A stretch of DNA of 64,000 nucleotides from Candidatus Parcubacteria bacterium. Its GTDB lineage: Bacteria; Patescibacteriota; Patescibacteriia; Buchananbacterales; SURF-54. The stretch is taken from the NCBI GenBank assembly GCA_003599635.1, contig QZIX01000012.1, positions 12,722 to 76,721 on the forward strand. Reading direction: 5' to 3'. This document shows, piece by piece, positions 42,047 through 51,262 of this stretch. A program made the translations under genes and the position numbers. Each line of letters begins with the position of its first letter. The stretch's first letter is position 1. The notes under the pieces are model-generated. The model saw nothing but the letters and a program-made list of their open reading frames with translations, was not told the DNA's origin and made no database searches.

Positions 42047-43897
42047 ATGCCTAAAAATATGACAATCAACAGCCAAACTGAAAGAATTAAAGCGGATTTC
42101 GTAACTATTGCCTCACATCAGTTAAGGACGCCGATTTCGGCAATCAGGTGGTCGCTTGATATGTTGCTGGCGGAAAAATCTGGAAAATTAAATTCTAAGC
42201 AGAAGGAATACATAAATCAGGCATATTATAATGCCGATTTTTTGTCGCGGGTCGTTTCCAGTCTGCTGACGGTTTCCAGAATCGATGACAGAGGCATTTT
42301 GCTGGACTTTCAAAAAACCGACATTAAAAAAATTGTGTTTGAACTGGTGGAAAAATACAATCCTTACTGCAATGCTTATAACTGCTCAATGGACGTGGTT
42401 TTACCGAAAAATCTGCCGGCAATAAATACCGACAGCTTTAAACTGAAAAATATATTAAATGTGCTTCTGGATAATGCCGTAAGATATTCCAAGAGAAGTT
42501 CCAGAATCATCGTTACGGTAAAAAGAGAAAACAGTCATCTGCTTTTTAAAGTCGAGGATTCCGGGATAGGTATACCTAAAATCCAGCAACAGCTGGTATT
42601 CACCCGTTTTTTCAGAGCGGATAATGCCATTCGTCTGCAAACTGAAGGTATGGGGCTTCAGCTATACATAGCCAAAAAAACTATCGAGGCAATGGGAGGA
42701 AAAATCTGGTTTAAAAGCAGTTCTTCCGGGACGACTTTTTATTTCCGTCTGCCTTTAAAACCGAAACGGGTTTCAATAAATAAGCCGGAGAAGAAACTGC
42801 TTTTTGACAATGATGAAATAGATTATTTGTATCGCAATCTGACTGACGGCTTAATTCTAGTCGATGCCAAACAGAATATTATCAAAATCAACAGAGTGAT
42901 TGAAAAAATTTTTAATGTTAACGAGGGTGATGTCAGAGGGAAAAATGTTTCTGAAGTTATTTTAAACGCCGATATTGCAGGTTCTTTATTAAAAGACAGC
43001 GGTGAAAAGAATTTTTGCCTTACTAAAAATAAAAATAATTACCGTGTTATCATTTTTCCGGTTAAAAATAAAGCTGAAATTGATGGCTGGGTGATAATAT
43101 TTTACGATCAGCAGAAAAAGATGACGAAAAAAGAAACGGAAGATGAAATAAAAAGAGAAAGGGAATTTGTTGCCATAACAGTCCATGAATTAAAAAGCCC
43201 GTTAGGTATAACGAAATGGAGTCTGGAAATGCTGCAGAGTGAAAATCCAGGAAAACTGAACAAAGAGCAGAAAGAGCTTATCAGCCAGATTTACCGCGGT
43301 AATGAACGTCTTCTTGTTTTAGTCAGGGATCTTTTAAACCTTTCCAAATTGCAGGAAGGAAAATTTGAAATTGAGCCCGCGGCTATTCATCTTGAAACTA
43401 TAGTCGGCGATATTGTCAAAGGCTTTAAAATAACGGCGAAAAAAAAGCAGGTTACGCTTGAATGGAAGCAGCCAAAACTGCCTAAAGTTTACGCTGATCC
43501 GTCCAGAATCGGCCAGGTTATAACTAACCTTATTTCCAATGCAGTAAAATATACCGGAAAAAACGGCACCATCGAAGTTAAAACTGAAAAAAAATCCTCT
43601 TCAGAACTTAAATCATTGATCGGCCAAAGCATGATTAAACCAAATTTTGTTAAGAATTTCAAAGGTTATATAGTATTTTCAGTTAAGGATAACGGTATTG
43701 GCATAAATCCCATGGATCAGAAAAAATTGTTTTCCAAATTTTTTCGGTCCAATGACGTTTTGAAATCAAAAACTGAAGGCACCGGACTGGGCCTTTATAT
43801 AACCAAATCAATAGTCAATCTCCACAAAGGCGATATATGGTTTACAAGCAAAATAAAGAACGGATCAACTTTTTATTTCAGTCTGCCTGTTATATAA
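42047..43897 (+). CDS. Cytoplasmic histidine kinase with two complete HisKA+HATPase_c cores separated by a PAS-like domain
   Basis: Core 1: H-box FVTIASHQLRTPISAI, LLDNAVRYS, EDSGIGIP, GMGLQLYIAKK. Core 2: H-box FVAITVHELKSPLGIT, LISNAVKYT, KDNGIGIN, GTGLGLYITKS. No TM segment. Confidence 0.9.
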   Translation: MPKNMTINSQTERIKADFVTIASHQLRTPISAIRWSLDMLLAEKSGKLNSKQKEYINQAYYNADFLSRVVSSLLTVSRIDDRGILLDFQKTDIKKIVFELVEKYNPYCNAYNCSMDVVLPKNLPAINTDSFKLKNILNVLLDNAVRYSKRSSRIIVTVKRENSHLLFKVEDSGIGIPKIQQQLVFTRFFRADNAIRLQTEGMGLQLYIAKKTIEAMGGKIWFKSSSSGTTFYFRLPLKPKRVSINKPEKKLLFDNDEIDYLYRNLTDGLILVDAKQNIIKINRVIEKIFNVNEGDVRGKNVSEVILNADIAGSLLKDSGEKNFCLTKNKNNYRVIIFPVKNKAEIDGWVIIFYDQQKKMTKKETEDEIKREREFVAITVHELKSPLGITKWSLEMLQSENPGKLNKEQKELISQIYRGNERLLVLVRDLLNLSKLQEGKFEIEPAAIHLETIVGDIVKGFKITAKKKQVTLEWKQPKLPKVYADPSRIGQVITNLISNAVKYTGKNGTIEVKTEKKSSSELKSLIGQSMIKPNFVKNFKGYIVFSVKDNGIGINPMDQKKLFSKFFRSNDVLKSKTEGTGLGLYITKSIVNLHKGDIWFTSKIKNGSTFYFSLPVI

Positions 43898-43910
43898 TTA
43901 ACTTTAATAT

Positions 43911-44282
43911 ATGGAAAAGCAAAAAATTTTGATAGTCGAGGATGACCGTACGCTGGTCGATATTCTTAAGGAAGCATTTGAACCTGATTATCAGACGGTT
44001 ATCGCCGGCGATTCTTCATCGGCTATGGCGAAAATAAAAAGAGATGCCCCCGATTTGATACTTTTAGATATTCTTTTACCCGGTAAAAGCGGTTTTGAAT
44101 TCCTGGCAGAAATAAAAAATGATAACGAAATTAAAAATATACCGGTTATCATCTTGTCCAACCTTGGTCAAGACACGGAAATTAAAAAGGGAATGTCGTT
44201 AGGAGCGATAGACTACCTTGTTAAGTCTGATTTTACAATTGATGAAGTAATTAAAAAAGCCAAAAAAGCCATAACAAAGTAA
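43911..44282 (+). CDS. Single-domain (CheY-like) response regulator
   Basis: KILIVEDD, DLILLDILLPG phospho-acceptor, ILSNLG, KSDF. 123 aa, no output domain. Confidence 0.9.
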   Translation: MEKQKILIVEDDRTLVDILKEAFEPDYQTVIAGDSSSAMAKIKRDAPDLILLDILLPGKSGFEFLAEIKNDNEIKNIPVIILSNLGQDTEIKKGMSLGAIDYLVKSDFTIDEVIKKAKKAITK

Positions 44283-44286
44283 TGTT

Positions 44287-45324
44287 ATGCCAAAAAAAGA
44301 GTTTGATATAATTTCAGTGGGCGGAGCGGTCAGGGATTTTAATTTTTGGAGTAAATCGGGTAAATTTTTAAATACGCCGGAAAATCTTACAGCGCAGAAA
44401 CTTTTGGCATTTGAATATGGAGCCAAAGTAAACGCCGAGGAAATATTTTGCAGCATCGGCGGCGGAGCTTCAAATACCAGCGCCAGTTTTGTTAAACTTG
44501 GCCTGAAAACAGCCGCTTTAGTCAGGTTGGGAAATGACAGTGACGGTAAGATAATTGCGGAAAATTTCAAAAAACACAAAGTTAATGACTGGCTTATACA
44601 GTATGATCAAAAGAAAATATCGGGCATTTCATTTATTTTAACTACGGATAAAAAAGAAAAGGATCACGTCGTATTCGCCTTTCGAGGAGCCAATGAAAAT
44701 CTTGAATTTCCGGTTCAGAAATTCAAAAAAATAAGGACAAAATGGATTTATATCACTTCTTTAGCCGGTGAAAACTGGAAAAAAACGCTGGGCCAGATAT
44801 TTAGCTGGGCGCAGTTTAATAAAGTCAAAGTTGCCTGGAATCCTGGCATTAAACAGCTGCAGGCCGGGAAAAAAGTGCTGGAAAAATTTTTGAAGCTGAC
44901 CAATGTTATTATATTAAATAAGGATGAGGCTATCGAACTTTCGCTGTCGGGCCTAAAATTCGGAAGAAAAATTCCCACTCATTTGAATAAACCTCTTTAT
45001 TTATTGAATATTTTAAAGGAATGGGGACCTAAAATTGTCCTGATTACTGACGGTAAAAGAGGGGCTTTTTGTTATGACGGTAAAAATATCCAGCACGTAA
45101 AACCGTTAAGGAAAAAAATAGTGGACACAACGGGAGTCGGCGATGCTTTCGGGGCAGCATTCGTATCGGCATTGATTTATCATCCTGGCTATGTCAAAGA
45201 AGCTCTCAGATGGGGGATAATTAATTCCAATTCGGTAATAACACAATATGGGGCCCAGGGTGGCATAGTCGGTAAGGCGGAAATGTTAAACAGGATATCA
45301 AAGACAAAAATTATTTTTACATAA
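44287..45324 (+). CDS. PfkB-family carbohydrate kinase
   Basis: N-terminal GGA..D and C-terminal DTTGVGDAFGAAF (PfkB signature 2). Confidence 0.8.
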   Translation: MPKKEFDIISVGGAVRDFNFWSKSGKFLNTPENLTAQKLLAFEYGAKVNAEEIFCSIGGGASNTSASFVKLGLKTAALVRLGNDSDGKIIAENFKKHKVNDWLIQYDQKKISGISFILTTDKKEKDHVVFAFRGANENLEFPVQKFKKIRTKWIYITSLAGENWKKTLGQIFSWAQFNKVKVAWNPGIKQLQAGKKVLEKFLKLTNVIILNKDEAIELSLSGLKFGRKIPTHLNKPLYLLNILKEWGPKIVLITDGKRGAFCYDGKNIQHVKPLRKKIVDTTGVGDAFGAAFVSALIYHPGYVKEALRWGIINSNSVITQYGAQGGIVGKAEMLNRISKTKIIFT

Positions 45325-45900
45325 ATGAAAAAGGTAACAATCGAAGTTTCTGCCAGACACTGTCATATTTCAAAAAAGGACCTGGTTTTGCTTTTTGGCA
45401 AAAATTATCGCCTTAAGCCGTTAAAACCGCTGTCGCAAAAAGGCCAGTTCAGCTGCCGGGAAACTGTCCGGGTAAAAACCGGTTCAGGGCAGCTGAAAAA
45501 TATTCGTATATTGGGACCGGAAAGAGAAAATACCCAAGTAGAATTGAGCAGAACTGACTGTCGTGAATTGAATATTTTTCCTCCGATAACCGAGTGTACC
45601 GACCCCCACAATAAAAAAAGTTGTTCTATTCTGGAAATTATAGGGCCTAAAGGCAAAATTAAGCGCTGTGCGGCAATCATCGCCAAAAGACATCTGCATT
45701 GCGATGTAAAAACGGCGAAAATGCTTAAGCTGCAAAATAAGCAGCTGATTTCTCTTCGAATAGACAGTGACAGGCCTTTAACTTTTCATGAAGTTCTGGT
45801 ACGGGTGCGCCGTGATTTTGTTTTCAGGATTCATCTTGACACTGACGAAGCTAATGCTGCGGGAGTAAAGTCGGGTGATACAGGCCGACTATTGATTTAA
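45325..45900 (+). CDS. pduL: Phosphate acyltransferase PduL (Pta-replacing phosphotransacetylase)
   Basis: Duplicated PduL motifs EVSARHCHIS and IIAKRHLHCD, with GP....R motifs. ATG immediately follows the upstream stop. Confidence 0.8.
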   Translation: MKKVTIEVSARHCHISKKDLVLLFGKNYRLKPLKPLSQKGQFSCRETVRVKTGSGQLKNIRILGPERENTQVELSRTDCRELNIFPPITECTDPHNKKSCSILEIIGPKGKIKRCAAIIAKRHLHCDVKTAKMLKLQNKQLISLRIDSDRPLTFHEVLVRVRRDFVFRIHLDTDEANAAGVKSGDTGRLLI

Positions 45901-45921
45901 AAAATAAATAATAATTAATCT

Positions 45922-46011
45922 ATGGGAACAGGATTATACATAACAATCGGCATTATTATAATTGCCGTTTTAATTGCGGCTATTTTGGTTTCCAAAATTG
46001 AACGGCTTTAA
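45922..46011 (+). CDS. 29-aa hydrophobic peptide (unannotated small ORF)
   Basis: ATG..TAA reading MGTGLYITIGIIIIAVLIAAILVSKIERL, a single TM helix, between pduL and ackA. No clear RBS. Confidence 0.3.
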   Translation: MGTGLYITIGIIIIAVLIAAILVSKIERL

Positions 46012-46024
46012 GAATACAGGCGAT

Positions 46025-47206
46025 ATGAATAAAAAAAAATTTATTTTGGTGGTGAATTCCGGGAGTTCCACCATTAAATTTAAAATATACGACAACGACG
46101 GGTTCAACACGGTTTTGTGCGGCAATTTTGAAAGAATTGGTCTAGACAATTCTTTTTATAATATAGAAGAAACAAGTTCCAAAAGAATAATTTTTAAAAA
46201 TTTTCCCGCCGGCATAAAAAATCATGAGCAGGCGTTAAGAGTAATAGTCAACCTGATCGGCCATTGGCGTAATAAAATTTACGGCATCGGTCACCGTATC
46301 GTTCACGGAGGTGAAAAATTTACCAAAAGCACCGTTTTAAATCAGAAAAAAATTCTTAGAATTGAAAAATACAACGAACTGGCGCCTCTTCACAACCCGA
46401 TTAATCTGAGCTGCGCTAAGATTTGTCTGGAAAATTTCAGACCGACAGTGAAGAATGTCGGGGTTTTTGATACCGCCTTTTTCAAAACCCTGCCTGATTA
46501 TGCTTATCTTTATCCCATACCTTACGAATATTATGCTGATTTGAAAATAAGACGGTACGGTTTCCACGGGATTTCCCACGAATACGCCGCGGAAACTGCT
46601 GCGGAAAAAATTAACCTGCCGCTTGGCAGACTCAGGGTAATAACCTGCCATCTCGGTTCCGGCTCAAGTGTTACGGCAATAAAAAAAGGCAGAGCAGTCG
46701 CAACGTCTATGGGTTTTACGCCTTTGGAAGGATTGATGATGGGGACACGATGCGGCGATATTGATCCAGCCATAAGTTTGTTTTTGCAAAGAAGAATTAA
46801 TCTGGATGTTGATAAAGTCGACGATTTGTTGAATAAAAAATCTGGACTATTGGGAATCTTTAAATATTCAAGCGATATGAGGGACATTCTTGTAGCTTCC
46901 GGTTACAAGGTTACCGGATACAGATGCAGTAAAAAATTCAGCAATAAAGAGACTGTCATGGCAAAGCTGGCGTTAAAAATGTTTGTCTATAATGTCAGAA
47001 GATACATCGGAAGTTATGCAGCCATACTGGGCGGGGTTGATGTTGTGGTTTTTACCGGCGGTATCGGTCAGAACAGCACCATAAGAAAATTAATCATGTC
47101 TGGTTTAAAGTTAAATTCCAAGTATAAAATTGTCGCCGTCAAAGCCAATGAAGAATTGAAAATAGCCAAGGAAGTCTTTAAAACCCTTAAAAAGGGTATG
47201 TGCTAA
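46025..47206 (+). CDS. ackA: Acetate kinase
   Basis: ILVVNSGSSTIKFKIY, GHRIVHGG, YGFHGISH, VITCHLGSGSS, VFTGGIGQNS. ATG at 46025 preferred over the TTG-extended track start at 45974. Confidence 0.92.
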   Translation: MNKKKFILVVNSGSSTIKFKIYDNDGFNTVLCGNFERIGLDNSFYNIEETSSKRIIFKNFPAGIKNHEQALRVIVNLIGHWRNKIYGIGHRIVHGGEKFTKSTVLNQKKILRIEKYNELAPLHNPINLSCAKICLENFRPTVKNVGVFDTAFFKTLPDYAYLYPIPYEYYADLKIRRYGFHGISHEYAAETAAEKINLPLGRLRVITCHLGSGSSVTAIKKGRAVATSMGFTPLEGLMMGTRCGDIDPAISLFLQRRINLDVDKVDDLLNKKSGLLGIFKYSSDMRDILVASGYKVTGYRCSKKFSNKETVMAKLALKMFVYNVRRYIGSYAAILGGVDVVVFTGGIGQNSTIRKLIMSGLKLNSKYKIVAVKANEELKIAKEVFKTLKKGMC

Positions 47207-47246
47207 AATATTTCCCGTACTCTTACTATTGTATGGTTTTTGAACA

Positions 47247-48878
47247 ATGTTTTTTCCAAAAATTTTAAGCGGCAAATCAAATACCATCGCTGCAGCTGCC
47301 TTTATAGTCGGGGCGGCTTCTTTGGCATCAAGAATTTTGGGGATGTTGCGTGACCGGGTGCTGGCTGGTGAATTCGGAGCCGGATTCGAGCTTGATATTT
47401 ATTACGCTTCGTTTAGAATACCGGACCTGATTTATAACCTGATTGTTATGGGGGCGATATCCGCGGGTTTCATTCCGATCTTTGTCAGTCTGTTAAAAAA
47501 AGATAAATTGGGCGAAATAGCAGGATTTTCAGGTCACGATAATGCCTGGCATTTGGCGAATCTTATTTTAAACGTCGTTTTGTCAGCGGTTTGCATTATC
47601 AGTCTGTTCGGAATTATTTTTACACCCTTGTTAATTAAAATTATCGCTCCGGGATTTGATAGTATGCAGAAGCAGATGGCAATCAATATGACCAGAATAA
47701 TTTTTTTGTCGCCGGTCTTTCTTAGTATTTCTGCGGTTTTGGGCGGAATCTTGCAGTCGTTTAAGAGATTTTTTATTTTTTCGTTGTCGCCGATTTTTTA
47801 CAATATTGGCATAATTTTAGGCGCTTTATATCTGGTGAAATATTTCGGCATTTACGGGCTGGGTTTAGGAGTGGCTTTGGGATCATTTTTGCATTTTTTA
47901 GTTCAACTGCCGTCGGTGTATTTGCTGGGGTACAGATACAGGTTAATTTTCAACTTGCATGACAAAGATTTGTTAAAACTTTTTAAAATTATGGTGCCAA
48001 GGACTTTGGCCCTGGGAATTAATCAGCTAAACTGGCTGGCTATAACGGTCATTGCATCGCTGCTTTCAGCCGGAAGTCTGACTGTTTTTAATTTTGCCAA
48101 TAATCTGCAAAGTTTTCCCGTGGGCATTTTCGGCATTTCATTTGCCATTGCCGCTTTTCCCACTTTGGCCGAACTGGTAAATAAAAATAACGATAAGTTT
48201 AAGGAAACAATTGCAACAACTATCAACCATATTTTATTTCTAATTATACCTGTCACCGCATTATTTTTAATTTTGCGGGCACAGATAGTCAGGATTGTTC
48301 TGGGTAGCGGTCAATTCAATTGGACGGATACAATTTTAACTTATCGTACCTTCGGCTGGTTTTGCCTGAGTTTATTCGCCCAAAGTTTGGCGCCCTTAAT
48401 TATTCGCGTATTCTATTCTTTTCATGACAGCAAGACTCCGTTTTTCTCGGGATTAGCCAGTTCGTTGGTAAATATAATCGTAAGTTTGTATTTAGTTAAA
48501 TACTTCGGGGTAATTGGTTTAGCCGCCGGTTTTTCTTTGTCAGCGATTTTAAATCTGATTTTATTGCTTGTGCTGTTAAATAAGAAAGTCGTTTTAAATT
48601 ACGGCAAAATAATTAAATCGACGGGAAAAATCATAAGCGCAGCGGTGTTTCTTTCCATCCTCAGCCAAGGGACGAAATATGCTGTCGAGCCGTTTACAGG
48701 AACCGATACGCTGTTAGGCCTTGCTGCCCAGACGTTATTTTCCGTTCTTGCCGGTTCGGCCGGATATGTTTTGATTTTATGGTGGCTTGATTCCGAAGAA
48801 TTGGGTTATTTTGTTAAAATACTGAACCGTAAAATTTTCAAAATAAAAGAGCCGGTAAATCTGTCGGAAGCTGAATAA
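47247..48878 (+). CDS. murJ: Lipid II flippase MurJ (MviN family)
   Basis: 543 aa with about 14 TM. N-terminal ASRILGMLRDRVLAGEFGAG...DIYYASFRIPD is typical of MurJ. Confidence 0.85.
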   Translation: MFFPKILSGKSNTIAAAAFIVGAASLASRILGMLRDRVLAGEFGAGFELDIYYASFRIPDLIYNLIVMGAISAGFIPIFVSLLKKDKLGEIAGFSGHDNAWHLANLILNVVLSAVCIISLFGIIFTPLLIKIIAPGFDSMQKQMAINMTRIIFLSPVFLSISAVLGGILQSFKRFFIFSLSPIFYNIGIILGALYLVKYFGIYGLGLGVALGSFLHFLVQLPSVYLLGYRYRLIFNLHDKDLLKLFKIMVPRTLALGINQLNWLAITVIASLLSAGSLTVFNFANNLQSFPVGIFGISFAIAAFPTLAELVNKNNDKFKETIATTINHILFLIIPVTALFLILRAQIVRIVLGSGQFNWTDTILTYRTFGWFCLSLFAQSLAPLIIRVFYSFHDSKTPFFSGLASSLVNIIVSLYLVKYFGVIGLAAGFSLSAILNLILLLVLLNKKVVLNYGKIIKSTGKIISAAVFLSILSQGTKYAVEPFTGTDTLLGLAAQTLFSVLAGSAGYVLILWWLDSEELGYFVKILNRKIFKIKEPVNLSEAE

Positions 48879-48948
48879 AACGCCTGCTCTTGTAAAGCCG
48901 GGCGTTTTTAAGTATCATATTGTTTATTCGCGAATATATTTTTTTATT

Positions 48949-50736
48949 ATGTCTGACTCATTAGTCCGCAATTTTTGCATTATCGCCCATATTGATCACG
49001 GCAAGTCGACTTTGGCCGACAGGTTTTTGGAATATACCAATACCGTGACCCAACGTGAAATGAAAGATCAGTTTTTGGATCAGATGGACCTGGAAAGAGA
49101 AAGGGGGATAACCATAAAACTCCAGCCGGTAAAAATGAATTATAAATTTAACGGCAATGAATACATTTTGAATCTGATTGATACGCCCGGCCACGTGGAT
49201 TTTACCTACGAAGTTTCCAGGTCGCTTTTGGCCGTGGAAGGAGCCATTCTTTTAGTCGATGCAACTCAGGGAGTTCAGGCGCAGACCCTGGCCAACCTTT
49301 ATTTGGCTTTTGAAAATAACCTTATAATAATACCGGCCATAAACAAAATAGATCTTCCAAATGCGCAGGTGGAAAAAACAAAAGAGGAAGTCGTGGCTGT
49401 CCTGGGATGCAAAAAAGACGAAATTATCGAAATATCGGCCAAGACAGGTAAAAACGTCAACGTGCTTTTGTCCGAAGTCATAAAAAAAGTGCCCGCCCCC
49501 CAAAAACACAAATCGGGGGAATTAAAAGCCCTGATATTTGATTCGTTTTTTAACGAGTATAAGGGTGTGATCGCCTATGTCAGAATTTTTCAGGGCTGTA
49601 TTAAGGCCGGTGACAGGGTAAAGCTGTTTTCAACAAATCACCTGACGGAAGTTTTGGAGGTTGGCTATTTTTCGCCAAAACTTAAAAAATCGGAAATTTT
49701 AGAAGAGGGCCAGATAGGGTATGTCATTCCCGGTGTAAGAGAAGTGGCCGACTGCAAGGTTGGCGACACGATTTCAGGCATTTCAGTTGATAAACCGCTG
49801 CCGGGATTTAAGGAGGTAAAACCAATGGTCTATGCGGGAATTTTTTGCAAAGAAGGAAATGACTATCCGCATCTGCGCGACGCTATCGCCAAATTGAAGC
49901 TGAGTGACGCCTCTCTATATTTTGAACCCGAAAGTTCATCGGCTTTGGGATTCGGCTTTCGCTGCGGTTTTTTAGGCCTTTTGCATCTGGAAATCGTATC
50001 TCAGCGGCTGAAACGAGAATACAAGCTGAATTTGGTGGTGACAGTGCCCAGCGTCGCTTACAGAATAAAAAGAAAAGATGACGATAAAATGGTGACAATT
50101 CACAGTCCTCAGGAGTTTCCAGACCCTTCGCTTGTCGAGGAAGTAACCGAACCGATTATGAAAGTCGATATTTTTACTCCCAAGGAATATTTGGGCGGGC
50201 TGATGAAATTATCTTCGCAAAAAAGGGGCGAATATCTGAACACCGAATACATTGATGACAGAATGTGTATTTTACACTATCACTTGCCGTTAAACGGGAT
50301 AATTATCGATTTTTATGACCTGGTAAAAAGCGTCACTTCCGGCTACGCCTCTTTAAATTATGAATTCTTAGACTATAAAAAAACCGATATCGTTAAGCTT
50401 GATATTCTGGTTGCCGAAGAAAAAGTCGATGCCTTATCGGTATTGGTTTACCGGGACGCCGCCTATTTTGAAGGCAAAAAAATAGTGGAAAGACTGAAAG
50501 AAGCAATTCCGCCGGAAATGTTTGAAATTAAAATTCAGGCCGCCATCGGAGGAAAAATTATAGCCGCTGAAAGGATAAAAGCCTATCGAAAAGACGTAAC
50601 CTCCAAGCTTTACGGCGGCGACTACAGCAGAAAGCGCAAACTTTTAGAAAAACAAAAGAAAGGGAAAAAGAAAATGAAAGCCATGGGTCGCGTTGATATT
50701 CCTCCCGAGGCATATTTGAAAGTTTTAAAAAAATAA
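48949..50736 (+). CDS. lepA: Translation elongation factor 4 (LepA)
   Basis: GTPase motifs AHIDHGKST, DTPGH, NKID. LepA-specific C-terminus (..LYGGDYSRKRKLLEKQKKGKKKMK). Confidence 0.95.
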   Translation: MSDSLVRNFCIIAHIDHGKSTLADRFLEYTNTVTQREMKDQFLDQMDLERERGITIKLQPVKMNYKFNGNEYILNLIDTPGHVDFTYEVSRSLLAVEGAILLVDATQGVQAQTLANLYLAFENNLIIIPAINKIDLPNAQVEKTKEEVVAVLGCKKDEIIEISAKTGKNVNVLLSEVIKKVPAPQKHKSGELKALIFDSFFNEYKGVIAYVRIFQGCIKAGDRVKLFSTNHLTEVLEVGYFSPKLKKSEILEEGQIGYVIPGVREVADCKVGDTISGISVDKPLPGFKEVKPMVYAGIFCKEGNDYPHLRDAIAKLKLSDASLYFEPESSSALGFGFRCGFLGLLHLEIVSQRLKREYKLNLVVTVPSVAYRIKRKDDDKMVTIHSPQEFPDPSLVEEVTEPIMKVDIFTPKEYLGGLMKLSSQKRGEYLNTEYIDDRMCILHYHLPLNGIIIDFYDLVKSVTSGYASLNYEFLDYKKTDIVKLDILVAEEKVDALSVLVYRDAAYFEGKKIVERLKEAIPPEMFEIKIQAAIGGKIIAAERIKAYRKDVTSKLYGGDYSRKRKLLEKQKKGKKKMKAMGRVDIPPEAYLKVLKK

Positions 50737-50762
50737 GGTCTTGTTTTTAAAGAAGACCTTAT
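50733..50762. terminator. Bidirectional hairpin between lepA and a convergent small gene
   Basis: Stem ATAAGGTCTT / AAGACCTTAT overlapping the lepA stop. Confidence 0.6.
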
Positions 50763-50788
50763 TTCGACGTTGCGCCGTGTCGCCGCAT

Positions 50789-51076
50789 TTATTTTTTTAG
50801 CCAAAGGTCAAAATCCAAGCTTTCGTTAAAAGACATAATCAAAATTATTAATCCGATCGGGCCCAGCAGGCACAACGATTTTACAAACCTGGGCTTTTCT
50901 GTTTTCGGCAGGAAAGTTTTTAATATGAAAATCGAGATTCCCGACGAAGTCAGCCATAGAATTATCAATTCCGGCTTTGAATCGGCGAGGCACAAAGCGG
51001 TGATTAGCCAAAGAATTATGAATACTATCGCCGCCATCAGAAGTCTGACAGCCGATACAATAAGAAAATTTTTCAT
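50789..51076 (-). CDS. Small three-TM membrane protein, hypothetical
   Basis: 95-aa hydrophobic ORF preceded on the minus strand by AAGGAGGG 6 nt upstream of its ATG. Confidence 0.55.
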   Translation of the reverse strand: MKNFLIVSAVRLLMAAIVFIILWLITALCLADSKPELIILWLTSSGISIFILKTFLPKTEKPRFVKSLCLLGPIGLIILIMSFNESLDFDLWLKK

Positions 51077-51094
51077 TTTTCCCTCCTTATTATT

Positions 51095-51184
51095 TCAGAA
51101 AGAAATTGTCCAAAGAACCATTGACAGAATCACAATAAGGGAAACTATAACCCAAAAAATTTTATGGATGGTTTTGGCCTTCAT
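51095..51184 (-). CDS. 29-aa hydrophobic peptide upstream of the 95-aa membrane protein (unannotated small ORF)
   Basis: The minus strand reads MKAKTIHKIFWVIVSLIVILSMVLWTISF-stop, ending 18 nt before the next ATG. Confidence 0.3.
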   Translation of the reverse strand: MKAKTIHKIFWVIVSLIVILSMVLWTISF

Positions 51185-51262
51185 GAATTTATTATTCCAT
51201 ATTAATCAATATCAGTCAAAAGGTATTTGGCCAATCCGTAACAGTATGTTAAAATTAGGCAT

